Assembly (NCBI GenBank): GCA_951406725.2 | Contig: OX597829.1 | Location: 22,010,001-22,074,000, forward strand | DNA from: Octopus vulgaris | Lineage: Eukaryota | Length of the DNA: 64,000 nt | Direction: 5' to 3' | Shown: positions 24,281 through 37,037 of the stretch, one piece after another | Position numbering within the stretch: position 1 is the first letter of the stretch | Layout of the letters: every line of letters begins with the position of its first letter | The notes under the pieces: generated by a model | What the model was told of the DNA's origin: nothing | Seen by the model: the letters and a program-made list of their open reading frames with translations, nothing else | The model's database searches: none | Translations under genes and position numbers: made by a program

Positions 24281-24700
24281 GGTGTAGGGGTGGCTATGTG
24301 GTAATTAGCTTGCTTATAAACCACATGGTTCTGGGTTCAATCCCACTGTGTGGCACCTTGGGTAAGTGTTTTCTACTATAGCCTCGGGCCAACCAAAGCC
24401 TTGTGAGTGGATTTGGTAGACAGAAACTGAAAGAAGCCCATCATATATATGTATATATATATATATGTGTGTGTTGTGTGTATATGTTTGTGTGTCTGTG
24501 ATTGTCCTCCTTGACACTTGACAACCGATGCTGGTATGTTTACATCCCCGTAACTTAGCAGTTCAGCAAAAGAGACTGATAGAATAAGTACTAGGCTTAC
24601 AAAGAATAAGTCCTGGGGTTGATTTGCTCGACTAAAGGCAGTGCTCCACCATGGTCAGTCAAATGACTGAAACAAGTAAAAGAGTAAAGAGTAAAGAGTG
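24281..24700 (+). mobile_element. Family-A SINE, full length
   Basis: End-to-end match to 14967-15372. Confidence 0.92.
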
Positions 24701-25879
24701 GTGATCACAGATCAGAGTTTATATCAAAGAGTTTATCAGCAATCAGAGGAATGAAAGCTTATATATCAAAATGTTTATAGCTAAACACAAGACAGAGCTT
24801 ATATCAAAGAGCCTACACATGAACAGAACCAAAACTGAAGAAAGAATTACTGGTAACGAAACTCTAATATCCCTCTCTCTCTCTTTTGGAGAGGCACAAG
24901 CACCTACACGCACATATACACACACGGCAGTAACTTCCGCCTGCCGAATTCAATCACAAGGCTTCGGTCGGCTCGGGGCTATAGCAGAAGATACCTACCC
25001 AAAGTGCCACGCAGTGGGACTGAACCCGAAACCATATTAGCTATATTTTTCAGTGTCAGAGAAATAACAAAAAAAAAACAGGAATCTATACTGGAAGCTA
25101 AACCAAAAGATGTGAAAACAGTAAAATCATAAATAGGTTGACTGAAGGATTAAAATTTCAGATTTTCCATATAAATGGATGACAACTGCATGATGGAGTT
25201 CAATGTGAGTGCCTATATAGGGCTGCTTGCCCTGCTACAGATGGCAGCAAAATCTCCCTAAAATTACAACCTACCATCATAAATAAAGCAGGGCACAGTG
25301 GATAATTCAGTCCAGTGATATATAAAAAGATGGAATGATTGTGGTTAGGATAGCTTTCCTCATAAATCTACTCAATCAAAACTGATGAGGGACCAACCAA
25401 GCAACAACAATAACTAAAGTATAAAGTACAACCATTTAAAGGACAAAGACTATAAACTGTTTAGATAAAGTACTGTTATTTGATTCTAATTAATTGTTGC
25501 TCTAATGACCTAATTCTAATACTCTACTGGCCTAATTAGTTTAGGAAGGAAAGTGCACTGTAAACATCAAACACTAAAGTTTAACTAAAGTATACAAAGA
25601 TACATATATAATAGATGCGATAATAATGTGAAGGTGTATGGAATACACAGAAATCAGCAGTGAAGAGCAATTTAAGTATTATTTATGATTTTGTGAGTTA
25701 ACTGAGCAAAACGAGAACATGATAAGCTAATTAAGCACAATACAATCCTATGTGCTAGTTGAACACAACATAAAAGTTATTTGATGCAACTTGGTTTTGT
25801 GCCAGGAAAAGTATTTGCGATGACCTCTTCTTGGTGAGACAACTGCAGAAGTTCTTGGTTAAAAGTAAACCACCGTACT

Positions 25880-27130
25880 TAATATTCCTCAACCCAGAGA
25901 AAGTCTTTGATAGAGTCCCTCACTCTGATCTGGTTGTCATTGAGGAAGCTAAGACTACACAAATGGCTTGTGAGAGTATTGAGGTGCTGTTAGTAAGATG
26001 AGGATTAACAATGAGTACAACTATGAGTTTAATATGCAAGTAGAAGTTCACAAGGACTTGGTTCTCAGGCCCACCTCTTTTTATCATAGACCTTCAGGCC
26101 ATAACGGAAGAGTTTTACCCTTTTGATACCAACCTGGCTGAAACCACCTCTGGCTCTCTAGTACAAATGTCTTGTTTTCATAAGTTCTGAATTAAAATCT
26201 TCCACCAAACCTTAGTCACAATTTATGTTCCTAACACTAGCTTAATGATAACTAAGTTATTTTGCTAAATTCTTTATCATATTTAAAATTAACTGAAAAA
26301 AACACAGAGCATCTCAAAATAAATATGGTAACAAAAGGGTTAAGACTGGTTGTCATTGGGAACTACAAGATGCTGAAGACTTTGTTCTTATAGTTAAATC
26401 CAGAAATTCTAGATATGGAAGAAAAACCTAGAATCAAAGGGCCTCAAAATGAACTTAGCAAAGACCAAAGTTCTTATAAGTAGGAAAGCAAGCAAGAGTT
26501 TACTTTTTTCAGGTAAATAGCTTTGCTTGCTTCATTGAAAAAAAAGTAAGTAGAAATTTTGCAGTGTACCCAAAGCAAACTGGATGCACTAGAGGTACAG
26601 TGGTATCAAAGACAGGTTAACAGAGAATATTGACTTTGTATATGGCAAATGCACTGTAGCAATGAATACTAGGGACATATGGAAAATGGATTTTCTCAAA
26701 TGCCCAGGAGGATCCTTTGAGGTAGTAGATAGTTTCTGTTACCTAGGTGACTTAATTATCAGTGGTGGAGGATACTCTGAAAGTATAGTAGCGAGAATAA
26801 GAACTGGCTAGAGGAGTTCAGAGTGCTATTACCTCTGGTGGTAACAAAAGGACTTTCTTTCAGAGTGAAAGGTAGCCTGTATGATGTTTGTTTACAAACT
26901 GCAGGGCTACATGGTTGTGAGACATGGGCCTCGAATGTAGAGGAGATGTGAAGACTAGAGAGGAATGAAGTCAGTATGATCTGCTGGACGTACAACATCA
27001 GTGTGCATGAACGATAAAGTACAAATGTGTTAAGAGAAAAAGTAGACATAAGGAGAATCAGACATAATTTGTAAGAGACTGTACTGGTCTGGTCACATGA
27101 TACATATGGATGAGGACAGCTGTATAAAGA
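25880..27130 (+). mobile_element. Old, degraded RTE LINE RT fragment
   Basis: Remnants EKVFDRVP, ITEEF|KTGCHWEL, EVVDSFCYLGDLI, LPLVVTKGLSFRVKGSLYDVC. Paralogous to 28262-29550. Confidence 0.85.
26118..26339. mobile_element. piggyBac-type MITE (second family) inserted in the RTE
   Basis: TTTA|CCCTTTTGATACCA ... TGGTAACAAAAGGG|TTAA. Removing it restores RTE coding EEFKTG. Confidence 0.88.
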
Positions 27131-28261
27131 ACTTGGTCAATGGGTGATAAATAGAGCATGAGAGCCTTGCCCATTGAAACTAGGTAAAATTGAGGTTCTG
27201 GAAGCATGTCTATATATACAATTGAGACTCTTTGTTTAAAATCCTCGCCAAGCCTGCCATTCCATCCTCATATTTCTCTATCAGTGATTTCTCCATCACT
27301 TGACTAACTGTGGTATACTGCTGCCATATTTTTATAATCTTTTCTGTGATACCAGTTATCTTTCTCTATACCTAAAACCACTTTACTTGACATCCATCCT
27401 TCATTCTTAACACTGTCCCTCTCCAACCACATTTTACATTGATCAGTCCACCACCATTATCTCTTTCCACAGCATCACCTACTGTTGAGATGCTCTTATC
27501 ACCATGTCTCTCACTATCGCCATGATTCCTCTCCAACACTTGCTCATATCACCATACATCTGTTACTCTTCCCATGTACTATATCTGCTCCTCAACTCAC
27601 ATTCTTGCAACCTACCTACCCACACATTATCATTGCCCCCATCTTTCTATTATTACTATTCTGTTGCTCTTCACCATTTCTATACAGTCAGTCAGTACCT
27701 ACTCTCCTGAACCTTTTTCACAAATCCCCTGTATCACAGATCACTGCTCTGCTATTCACAACATTCACCCCTCAATCCAACCCAATCTCTGGTCGCCACC
27801 TACTCTCCCCTACCTTCCATCCAACTCATATTTATCATCAATCCTCCCCACTCACTTCAACCATTATTCAGCATTCAGTATATTCTCATACTCCTATTTC
27901 ATCGTTTACCATTCCTCACTTTCACAATACCCTACACACCTCACTCCTCTTTGTGTTCTGCATCCAAAACCCATCCTGACACCTTGTCACTAATATCTTT
28001 GTCTCTTTTACCAGCTCCACACATATTACTCCTGCCCACTCTTGTACAGTGAGAGCACTCGTGTATCTCTTCTACAGCAAGAAACTTATTCTTTATAGCT
28101 TAACTTTTCATCACCCGGCATAAAACTGCCTCCCTCTCTACTGAAACAAGTATTAGTCATGTGAGCTCATGGTAATCTCACTAGTGCCGGTGCAAGATAC
28201 AAAATCACCCAGTACACTATGTAAAGTAGACGGCATTAGGAAAACATCCACCTATAGAAAA

Positions 28262-30088
28262 GTGCTATATTTCTGGTAAGACAGCTGCAGGAGAAATACC
28301 TAGCCAAAGATAAACCTCTGTACTTGGCTTTCGTTGATATGGAGAAAGCCTTTGACAGCATCTCCCAATCCTTTATCTGGTGGTCAATGAGGAAACTAGG
28401 GATTGATGAATGGTTAGTAAGAGCTGTACAAGCTATGTACAGGGACGCTGTCAGTAAGGTGAGGGTTGGCAACGAGTACAGTGAAGAATTATGGGTAGGG
28501 GTAGGGGTCCACCAAGGATCAGTCCTCAGCCCCCTCTTATTCATCATAGTCCCCCAGGCAATAATAGAGGAATTCAAGACAAGATGCCCTTGGGAGCTCC
28601 TCTATGCTGATGACCTTGCTCTAATTGCTAAGTCACTACCAGAACTACAAGAAAATTTTCAGATGTGGGAGCAAGGATTAGAATCAAAGGGCCTTAGAGT
28701 CAACCAAGCTAAAACAAAGTCTTAATAAGTAGGAAGGCAGACAAACTACAAATCCCTTCAGGTAGATGGCCCTCCTCAATCTGTAGAAAAGGCATAGGTA
28801 GAAACTCCATAAGATGTACACAGTGTAAGCTATGGACACATAAGAGGTGCAGCAATATCAAAGGAAGGCTAACTGGGAAGATAGTTTTTGTATGTGGTAA
28901 ATGCTCAGGTGCTATAAACAATGAAAATGTGCAGAGAACAGCTTCTGTCACATTCCAGGGAGAAAAACTACAAGCAATCGATAGCTTCCATTATCTAGGG
29001 GACTAAATCAGTAGCAGGGGTGGATGCTCTGAAAGTGTTGCTGCTAAAATAAGAATAGCCTGGGCAAAGTTCAGAGAGCTCCTACCTCTGCTGGTGACAA
29101 GGGGCATCTCGCTCAGAGTAAAAGTAGACAGTATGATGCATGTGTACGAACATCCATCCTACATGCCAGTGAAACATGGGCTGTGACTGCCGAGGATATG
29201 CATAAGCTTGCAAGGAATGAAGCCAGTATGCTCCACTGGATGTGTAATGTTAGTGTGCATACATGACAATGTAAGCGCCCTGAGAGAAAAGTTGGATTTA
29301 AGAAGCATCAAATGTGGTGTGCAAGAGAGATGACTATGCTGGTATGGTCATGTGTTGCAAATGAATGAGGACAACTGTGTAAAAAAAGTGTCATACCCTA
29401 GCAGTTGAGGGAACCTGTGGAAGAGGTAGATCCAGGAAGACCTGGGATGAGGTGAAGAACGACCTTCGAACGTTGGGTCTTACCGAGGCAATGACTAGTG
29501 ACTGAGACCTTTGGAGATATGCTGAGCTTGAGAAGACCTGACAAGCCAAGTGAGACCATAACCCGTGGCCTATGTCAGTGGGTGTAACCAGCCCACTTAT
29601 GAGTACTCCTCATTCACTGGACAATAAACTTTGCTTGTGATGACCTGTTGAAGCAAGTGAAATCAAAATTGCTGATGACAGTACACCTGATTGGCACTCA
29701 TGCTTGTGGAGCATTAAAAGCACTACCTGAGCATGATCATTGCCAACATCGCCTTACTGGCACATGTGCCGGTGACACGTGAAAAACAACATTCAAGCAT
29801 GGTCATTGCCAGTGCTGCTGGACTGGCTCCCGTGCAGGTAGCATGCAAAAAAACACCTTTTGAGTGTGGTCGTTACCAGAACCACCTGACTGGCCCTCAT
29901 GCCAGTGGCAGGTAAAAGCACCCACTACACTCTCAGAGTGGTTGTCATTAGAAAGAACACCCAGCTGTAGAAACTTTGCCAGATCAGATTGAGCCTGGTG
30001 CAGCCTTCTGGCTCACCAGTCCTCAGTCAAACCATCCAACCCATGCCAGCATGGAAAGCAGACATTAAACGACGAGGATGATGATGAT
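28262..30088 (+). mobile_element. 5'-truncated RTE LINE: RT domain, C-terminus, 3' UTR and (GAT)n tail; pseudogenised
   Basis: AFVDMEKAFD, GVHQGSVLSPLLF, LLYADDL, KTK and FHYLG motifs, with a PHD-like Cys/His block at 28761-28910. Frameshifts and stops present. Confidence 0.95.
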
Positions 30089-30138
30089 TATGAATTTGTA
30101 TTACAAGATTCCTGATGTGAAACCATGTGTTGAAACAG

Positions 30139-30339
30139 ATATTGTTGTATTTTGGGGTGGTCATTTTCTTTCTTTTTTTGCCAAACACGCACTATATATT
30201 CATTCTTCACAATGTACATGAGTGAAAATATGAGCAATAATAAATGAGTGTAGAACGAATATATAGTGCATGTGTTTATTTTGAAAAAAAAAAAAAAAAA
30301 GAAAGAAAACAAAAGACCATCCCAAAATACAACAGTATA
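30139..30339. repeat. Imperfect inverted repeat (arms 30139-30210 and 30248-30339)
   Basis: ATATTGTTGTATTTTGGGGTGGTC...CACTATATATTCATTCTTCAC pairs with GTGTAGAACGAATATATAGTG...GACCATCCCAAAATACAACAGTAT. Confidence 0.8.
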
Positions 30340-30493
30340 TATATATATATATATATGATTTGCAGGTATTGTATACAAAGCATACCTCTATTCCAAAGTT
30401 CAAGTGATGATGATATTTTTATAATGAAAATATCTTTATCAATTAAGTATTAATCTTTATTGTCACTATCAAGCATACATATATATACTTACA

Positions 30494-30531
<38 letters not shown>

Positions 30532-32907
30532 TTGATATGTGTATGTCTTAGTGTTCTGATTAAATAGATTAGATTGACAAATGAAACACTGTGAAAAGGC
30601 TTGTCTGATGACAGGTGTAATATTTTCTTTTACTTGAACAACACTGATCCATTGTTTTGTAATTAAGCAACATGATGATTTGAATAACTTGTTGTTAGTT
30701 TGAGGGTAAATATTTTGCGCTTTTTCCCCTACCGTCACGGAATATCTCTCCCAGGGATCTTACATTCACAGCATAGTGAAAACTGTGTTGCAAAGACTGG
30801 CCTTCTTCTTCAGAGGCAGATATATTTCAGTTCCTAGAACCATGTTGTTGCCACCCCCACCCCTTCCACCCACCGACCCACACATATCCCAGACTTCATC
30901 CAAAAATAGACTTGTTATGAAGTCACCCACCAACACACTCCAATCTCAGGCCCACATACATGTTGTGTCTTCCCTACAGTTACCACATTGATCTCTACTC
31001 TTCATAAGTGGTTTGTCTAAGATCACTTACACTCAAGCATTCCTAACTAATCGGTCTTTATTTTTCTTGTTACTCTACAGGCCCTGCATTAATTAATACA
31101 CCATAATCCTTCATCTCCAGAAAGTCAACCCTCTGAAATTTGCTCTTTCCCCATATTTTTCTTGTGGGGAAAAGGAACTTTAACCACATGAATGTCACCA
31201 GTGTGGGAGGCATGTGAAGACCACACATAATCATTATCAGTTCACAACATCGTCCTAAAACCACTATCATTTCTTTACTTGATCCAAAAATTTAAAAGAA
31301 GACATGCATATGCACATAGATACACCACTTCTTGGCACCTTGGATGCTTTTAGCAGAGCCCACTATTGCAGGCAATCTGGTCAGGTCTCCAACTGAAACC
31401 TACTTCCCTCCTATAATTCTTGGAGGCTCTTTACCAAGTTATGTGCAATTTCCTTCCCTCCAAACTTCTTCTTGGTCATTTTGCTTTCATGGATTCCCTT
31501 GACTGTCACCATCCAATTCTATTATTATAAATTTGAATTGGGAGCTTGAGTCGTAGTGAATCTGATTACACAACCATAGACACCACCCCTATGGATGCAT
31601 TGCAGTTACTCTCTCTTGATAGAGTTTGGTGACCCTGACCATTTGAAATTCTAGGATTTCTCTGCTTAACATCAATGTAAGAAACATCATTGAGCTCTTC
31701 CACTACCTCTTTACAATCTGCCATACTGCAGTCCCATGACTTCACTGTATTTTTAGCAGGGTGCCTGAATAGATGCAATGCTTTGCCAAAGGACAACCTG
31801 TAACTAGACAAAGTACAGTCATCACTCCATTAGACATTTTCGAAATACTTGTATACCATTCATACTAAACAAAGAAAAAAAAAAACAACAGCATCAATAT
31901 CCACATCAGGGTTCAATTTTAAGCAGTGTTACCAACTACATTTAATAAATATCAGCAAGTCAAGGCTGTCATCCACTTACGGTTCAACTTACAACTCTAC
32001 TATTGAATTATATAAAATTAGAATGAAGAGCAAAACAAAAAGATTATGTACAAACTTCTCCCATAATATCCCTAGATGACTAATCACAACATGGCAATGT
32101 ATTCAGCATAATTTTAGAACAAGACCATGTACAGCATGTATATTTTTTTTTTACTTGCAGGATGTGGAAGAAGAGACAGTGCCTATGTCAAAACAACATC
32201 AAGTAATTTGAACAGATCCTTGAATTGTTTTCTGTTAGTTCCCTGTCATCATTTCATATCCATATATCGTGGTATGCATATTGAGCTCCATTGTCTGTTT
32301 TAGCATGGTTTCTATGGCTTGATGCCCTTCCTAACATGAACCACTTTACAGAGTGAACTGGGTGCTTTTTTCATTGCTCCCAGCACTAGTGAGGTCAACA
32401 AGTAACTCAGAGACAAGACCCCACAACTGAGGGGAGGGTCATATTGAAGAAGGCAGTTTTATGGCAGTGATTGAGAAGCTGAAGTATGACAAAGGGACAA
32501 GAACAAGTGCCTTGAAGTAAAGGAGACACATGGCTACTTAAGAGATGTAGAATATAGATATGCTCGTAATCCAAGCCGTTAGGTAAAATAAGCATGTGCC
32601 TAGAACACCAAGAGAAGGCAGCAACACAAATTCTTTTTTTTTTTGTTTTTGTCAGTATTGGATTTTTACTGGGGTAAATGGTGCAGCAGCCCCTCAGAAA
32701 GGAGGGAACATATATCTGCGTATGTATACACACACACACATATACATATATATAAAGAATATTATCAAAAATACATTACTATTAATATTTACCCCCACTT
32801 AAACTGGAACATTCTGTTAGAAAGAACTACACTAACAGAACACCCACGTTTAAGTGGGGATAAATATTAGCTCTTGATATGAACACTGCCTTTGTCGCTA
32901 ACATATA

Positions 32908-33359
32908 CAGGGTGTCCCAAAAGTCAGATGGGTTTCAGTTTTTAATAACTTCTTTAATTTTACAAATGCATGCATGAAATTTTGATACCATATAAAGGAC
33001 ATAGCGGAAATTAATATGCACAGGTCAAATTTTGCAACACCACTACATCACATCGCTTAAATGGCAGCCATTTTTAGCTTCGCACGCCCGTGCTCTTTCC
33101 AAAGCTTGCACCATAACACCCTTAACAGTTTCAGCCCCCACTTCTCTGATTTTTCTATTGATGTTCTCCTTCAGTTACACCAGGGTCTGTCATTTAAGTG
33201 ATGTCATTTTTCATGTGATGTACTTAAGTGGCAAATTTGACTTGTGCATATTAATTTCCATTATGTCCTTTATATTGTATCAAAATTTCATGCATTTATT
33301 TGTAAATTTAAGAAATTTATTAAAAATTGATACACATCAGTGACTTTTGGGATACCCTG
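32908..33359 (-). mobile_element. Tc1/mariner non-autonomous element with ~130-bp TIRs
   Basis: TA|CAGGGTGTCCCAAAAGTCA ... TGACTTTTGGGATACCCTG|TA. Internal minus-strand ALERARACEAKNGCHLSDV resembles a transposase C-terminus. Confidence 0.9.
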
Positions 33360-33779
33360 TATTGTTATTAATATGAGAATGATTACATGTAAAAGATACT
33401 TCACCTTCATTCCTCTTTGGTGATTGTAACTTTGATCACAAGGAATCGGTGTCATCTACTCCTGGTTTCTCACTCAGCTTCTCTCTCTCTTGTTTCTTAA
33501 AACTGATAAGAGATTCTTTCTCCTACCTCAATTATCCTGCACATGGCTGCCTTTTTCTCTCTTCATCTATTCCAATATAGCTTTGAAGAGGTCAACGATA
33601 TATTTTAAACTTGCCAATACAAGAAAATTGGAATCAGGCAGCTATCATAGAGGAGACTCAATGGTTCAATTAGCTGCAAATCAGAAACAGTTGTGTGATT
33701 GTCACTGCCAGTAGAGGTTTGATGGTATGTAGTTCGATGTAGCTACTAGTCTGGCAAGCCACAAGCTAAATGATGTTTC

Positions 33780-35360
33780 TCTGGTATTAGCTTCATAGAC
33801 AGAAACTTTGTTGCCTCCAAGCTAGAAGACTTTCCAACAGGTCACTGACTGCATCATATCTATGTGTCTTCCCATCCAAAACAAGCAGCATGCCAGTTTC
33901 TTCAGTGTGTACACCCCCCAACTTTCCAAGCTGACCCTAAAGAAAAGGATAAGTTCTATGTTGATTTGCACAGCCTCTTCCAATGTATCTCAGCAGACAA
34001 CAAGGTCACCATCCTTGGTAACTTCAATACAAGAATGGGCCAAGATTCAGAAGCCCAGAAAGGAATTTTGGGCTAGTATGGTGTTGGGAACTGCAACAAA
34101 AATGGGTGGCTTCTGATGGAGCTTTGCACAAAGCAACAATTAACCATCACCAACACCCTCCTCCAACAGACAGTTTGTCTGCTACAAACTCAATGTCAAG
34201 AGAGTTGAGGCCCCAAAGTGAAAGTTCTAGATCAGCATCCTACATTCAGTTGAAATGAAAGCTAAATTCCAGACAAACCTCCTGCTAAAGCTCAAAGATC
34301 CCAGTTGTCCCTCAGACCACTCTTCTGAAGCGCTTTAGGAATACCTAAAAGCTGCTATCATGCAAACTTCTGAAGGATTGGGCCTCTCTACAAAAAAGAA
34401 CAAGGACTGGTTTGACAAAGATAACTAAGAGATCCTGAAACTACTAGTAAAGACGAGATCTACCCATCAGACTCACCTCACAAACCCAAGCTGTCCTAGG
34501 AAGAAACAACCTCCCACATTGTCTGCAACAATCTCAAGTGTAAAAATTCCAAAACATCCAAAATGAAGAGTGGATAAATCTCACCAAAAGAACTTTGCAA
34601 AGACTCTAGAGGTTAGTGCAAAAATACAGAAGTCCTTCATCAACCCACACCATAGCAAGAATACCAATCTCTTGCATCATCATCATCATCATCAGGGAGA
34701 CTGAACAACAGACAGCAAACCAGTTCACCAACCTAGAGTGCACCATCTCATTAGTTGCCAAAATTAACAAGGAAGTTAACAAGAGACTATCCAAGACAAA
34801 CAGCACATTCAGCAGACTATACAAAAGTTTGAAAGGGACCATGATCAGTGTGCACAGAGCAATCGTTCAGACTACCGTCTTGTACTGCATAGTCGTGAGT
34901 CATATTGGTACCACCTGTGACTCCTTGAGCGATTCCATTAGCACCACATTTGCACCATCCACTGGAGTAATTTTGTCACTAGCGATGATGTCCTAGAGCA
35001 GATAATGGTCACCAGCATCGAAGCAACTCTGTTATGCTGGATAGGGCATGTCACCAAGATGGAATATCATAGACTTCCCAAGATCATGCTGTATGGTAAA
35101 CTCTCCTCTAGTTACCATGATAGAGGAGCACCAAAAGAGGTACAAAGACTCTCAAGAAATACTTTGGCACCTACTGCATCGACCACTAACAGTGGTCTGT
35201 TCTTGGCGCTTAGAAGTCTGGCATCTCACAGTCCTCTTGAAGACATGCACAAGATCATCCTTGCAGATAAGAGGGAAAATAAGAACATTACAACCAACCC
35301 TGATCATCTTATCTTCCCCGAGCAGGCTCTACAGTCGTGCCTCTTTGTCGCGAATTGGAC
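33780..35360 (+). mobile_element. Degraded RTE (BovB-like) LINE with APE and post-RT segments, internally deleted
   Basis: ADPKEKDKFYVDL...VTILGNFNTRMG (APE); KINKEVNKRLSKTNSTFSRL; LCWIGHVTKMEYHRLPKIMLYGKL. Confidence 0.85.
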
Positions 35361-36420
35361 TCGCCGGGTATCAACGAGAAATGTATTTCAATATCAGAAA
35401 GAAATGAATGAAATAAGTTTCATTTCGTAAATATTTATTGATACTTTGTTTTTCAATTGACCACTAACATGGATTTACGCAGGCAGAATTGTCTTCAATA
35501 AAGTTTTGTACATGTAGTTTTTTTTTTTTCCTAATTTTTTTTTTAAATTGCCTTAGTAAATAATTTGTTTACATTGTTTATTTAGAGACAAGTTACATTT
35601 AAAATAGTGTAAGGTCTAGGAGAATACTATTTGTAATCTATTATTTCACATTCAGCGCTGGTCTTAATATCTTTTGTCAGACAATTACTAAAGAAATGCC
35701 GAGAGGGAACAAGCGCTGAGTTTGTGCTTCAAGAGTTTTAATCCCGCCTTGTCTGTAACGCATAACAGACAATGCTTCGCGAAAATTTGATTTATATATA
35801 TTGTATATAGACAACCGAAAAATAATACAAAATATCTTTTTAAAATATGCATTCTGAAAAGAAAATGTTAAGTGGAACATCAAATAAATTATGTAAAGAA
35901 GCTGAACACTTTTTTTTTTATCAACAAAACAAACTTCATCCTTATCTTTTACAAACACATACACCCGTATGCATGGTCCCTCTCTTTCCCTATAGAAATT
36001 GAAGTCATTCTGAAGTACATTTTTAAAGTAAAGAAAAATAAATACGATAGAATTGTTAGTAAATTATAGAAAACGAAAATTAAATAAATAAAAGTTCATT
36101 ATAGAATAATAAACATACCCTTTGATCTGTTCTTGTAATTTTCGAGTCTCCATTGTGAAGTACGAAACTAAACTTCTGTTCATTAATCAATCGGCAACAT
36201 ACTCGTTCATATCCGGTTTTTAATAATTTCAAGTGAAATTTTTTTAAATATTCATTAATCTACCACTATTAATAATATTTGTATTTAAATACTATGGATA
36301 ATTGTTCGGTTTACATTCGTAAAAAAAAAAAAGTAAAGGGACATAACTAAATTCACTAAATTATGATACTTTATTCACTCTTTTCACCCATCATCATCTT
36401 CGTTTGTTCCTTCGCGAGCC
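35340..36420 (-). promoter_or_regulatory. CpG-retaining patch around the putative first exon; candidate promoter/5' region
   Basis: Non-repeat DNA with visibly more CG dinucleotides than flanking sequence. It surrounds the ATG-bearing exon. Confidence 0.45.
36119..36183 (-). CDS. MZT2: Candidate first coding exon of the MZT2-like gene
   Basis: MNRSLVSYFTMETRKLQEQIK-G(G), with a second ATG at 36153 in ACAATGG context and donor GTATGT at 36118. Its phase-2 end fits the exon at 10248 and gives an N-terminus of MZT2-like length. Confidence 0.5.
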
Positions 36421-37037
36421 ATGCCGGTTTCCCGGTTTCCTTGGCGTATAGGTTCCCCACCTGACCGGGATGCCGGTCCGTCGCAGGTGAGCTGCAATAT
36501 GCAGGAGGAAAGAGTGAGAGAAAATTGTGGCGAAAGAGTCAGCAGAAGTTCGCCATTACCTTCTGCCGGAGCCGCGTGGGGCGATCTTTCGTCTCTAGTA
36601 GACCTTTCCGTCGATTTCCGTAAAAATTTTTTTTTTTTTTTTTACATATGGGCTTGCGGGAACTTTTGAAGTAATATACATACATATACACATACACCGA
36701 GTAAAAAATTTCAGTTATCTCTTTCTTTCACACATTACTCTGTATCTTCACACACACTAACAGAAGCACTTCACTTACACAACATACTGTCTGTCTCCCA
36801 CACCCCATCAAACACACACATGTACATCAATGCTTCCCATGCACGGTAACTTCAAAAGAACTTCCCTCGTCATACAATCGCTTTCTCTTAGTCTCTTTCG
36901 CTCTCATTACTTCAAAAGTTCCCGCAAGCCCATATGTAAAAAAAAAAAAATTTTTACGGAAATCGACGGAAAGGTCTACTAGAGACGAAAGATCGCCCCG
37001 CGTGGAGCTTAGGTGTTTTCGCTCATAAACACACACA
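36392..37037 (-). mobile_element. Family-C SINE split by a MITE
   Basis: Removing 36580-36997 and one TSD restores CTGCCGGAGCCGCGTGGAGCTTAGGTGTTTTCGCTC, as in the copy at 61776-61815. Confidence 0.88.
36580..36997. mobile_element. Young MITE, 418 bp, ~95-bp TIRs, 8-bp TSD (Merlin-like)
   Basis: TIRs 36580-36675 and 36906-36997 start GGCGATCTTTCG and differ only in T-run length. CCGCGTGG is duplicated at 36572-36579 and 36998-37005. Confidence 0.9.

Noticed and set aside
31566-31798. Possible minus-strand exon (acceptor GTTACAG, phase compatible with 36119)
   Set aside because: Runs to a stop with no donor and no recognisable protein; it would truncate the MZT2-like frame. A minor isoform is not excluded.
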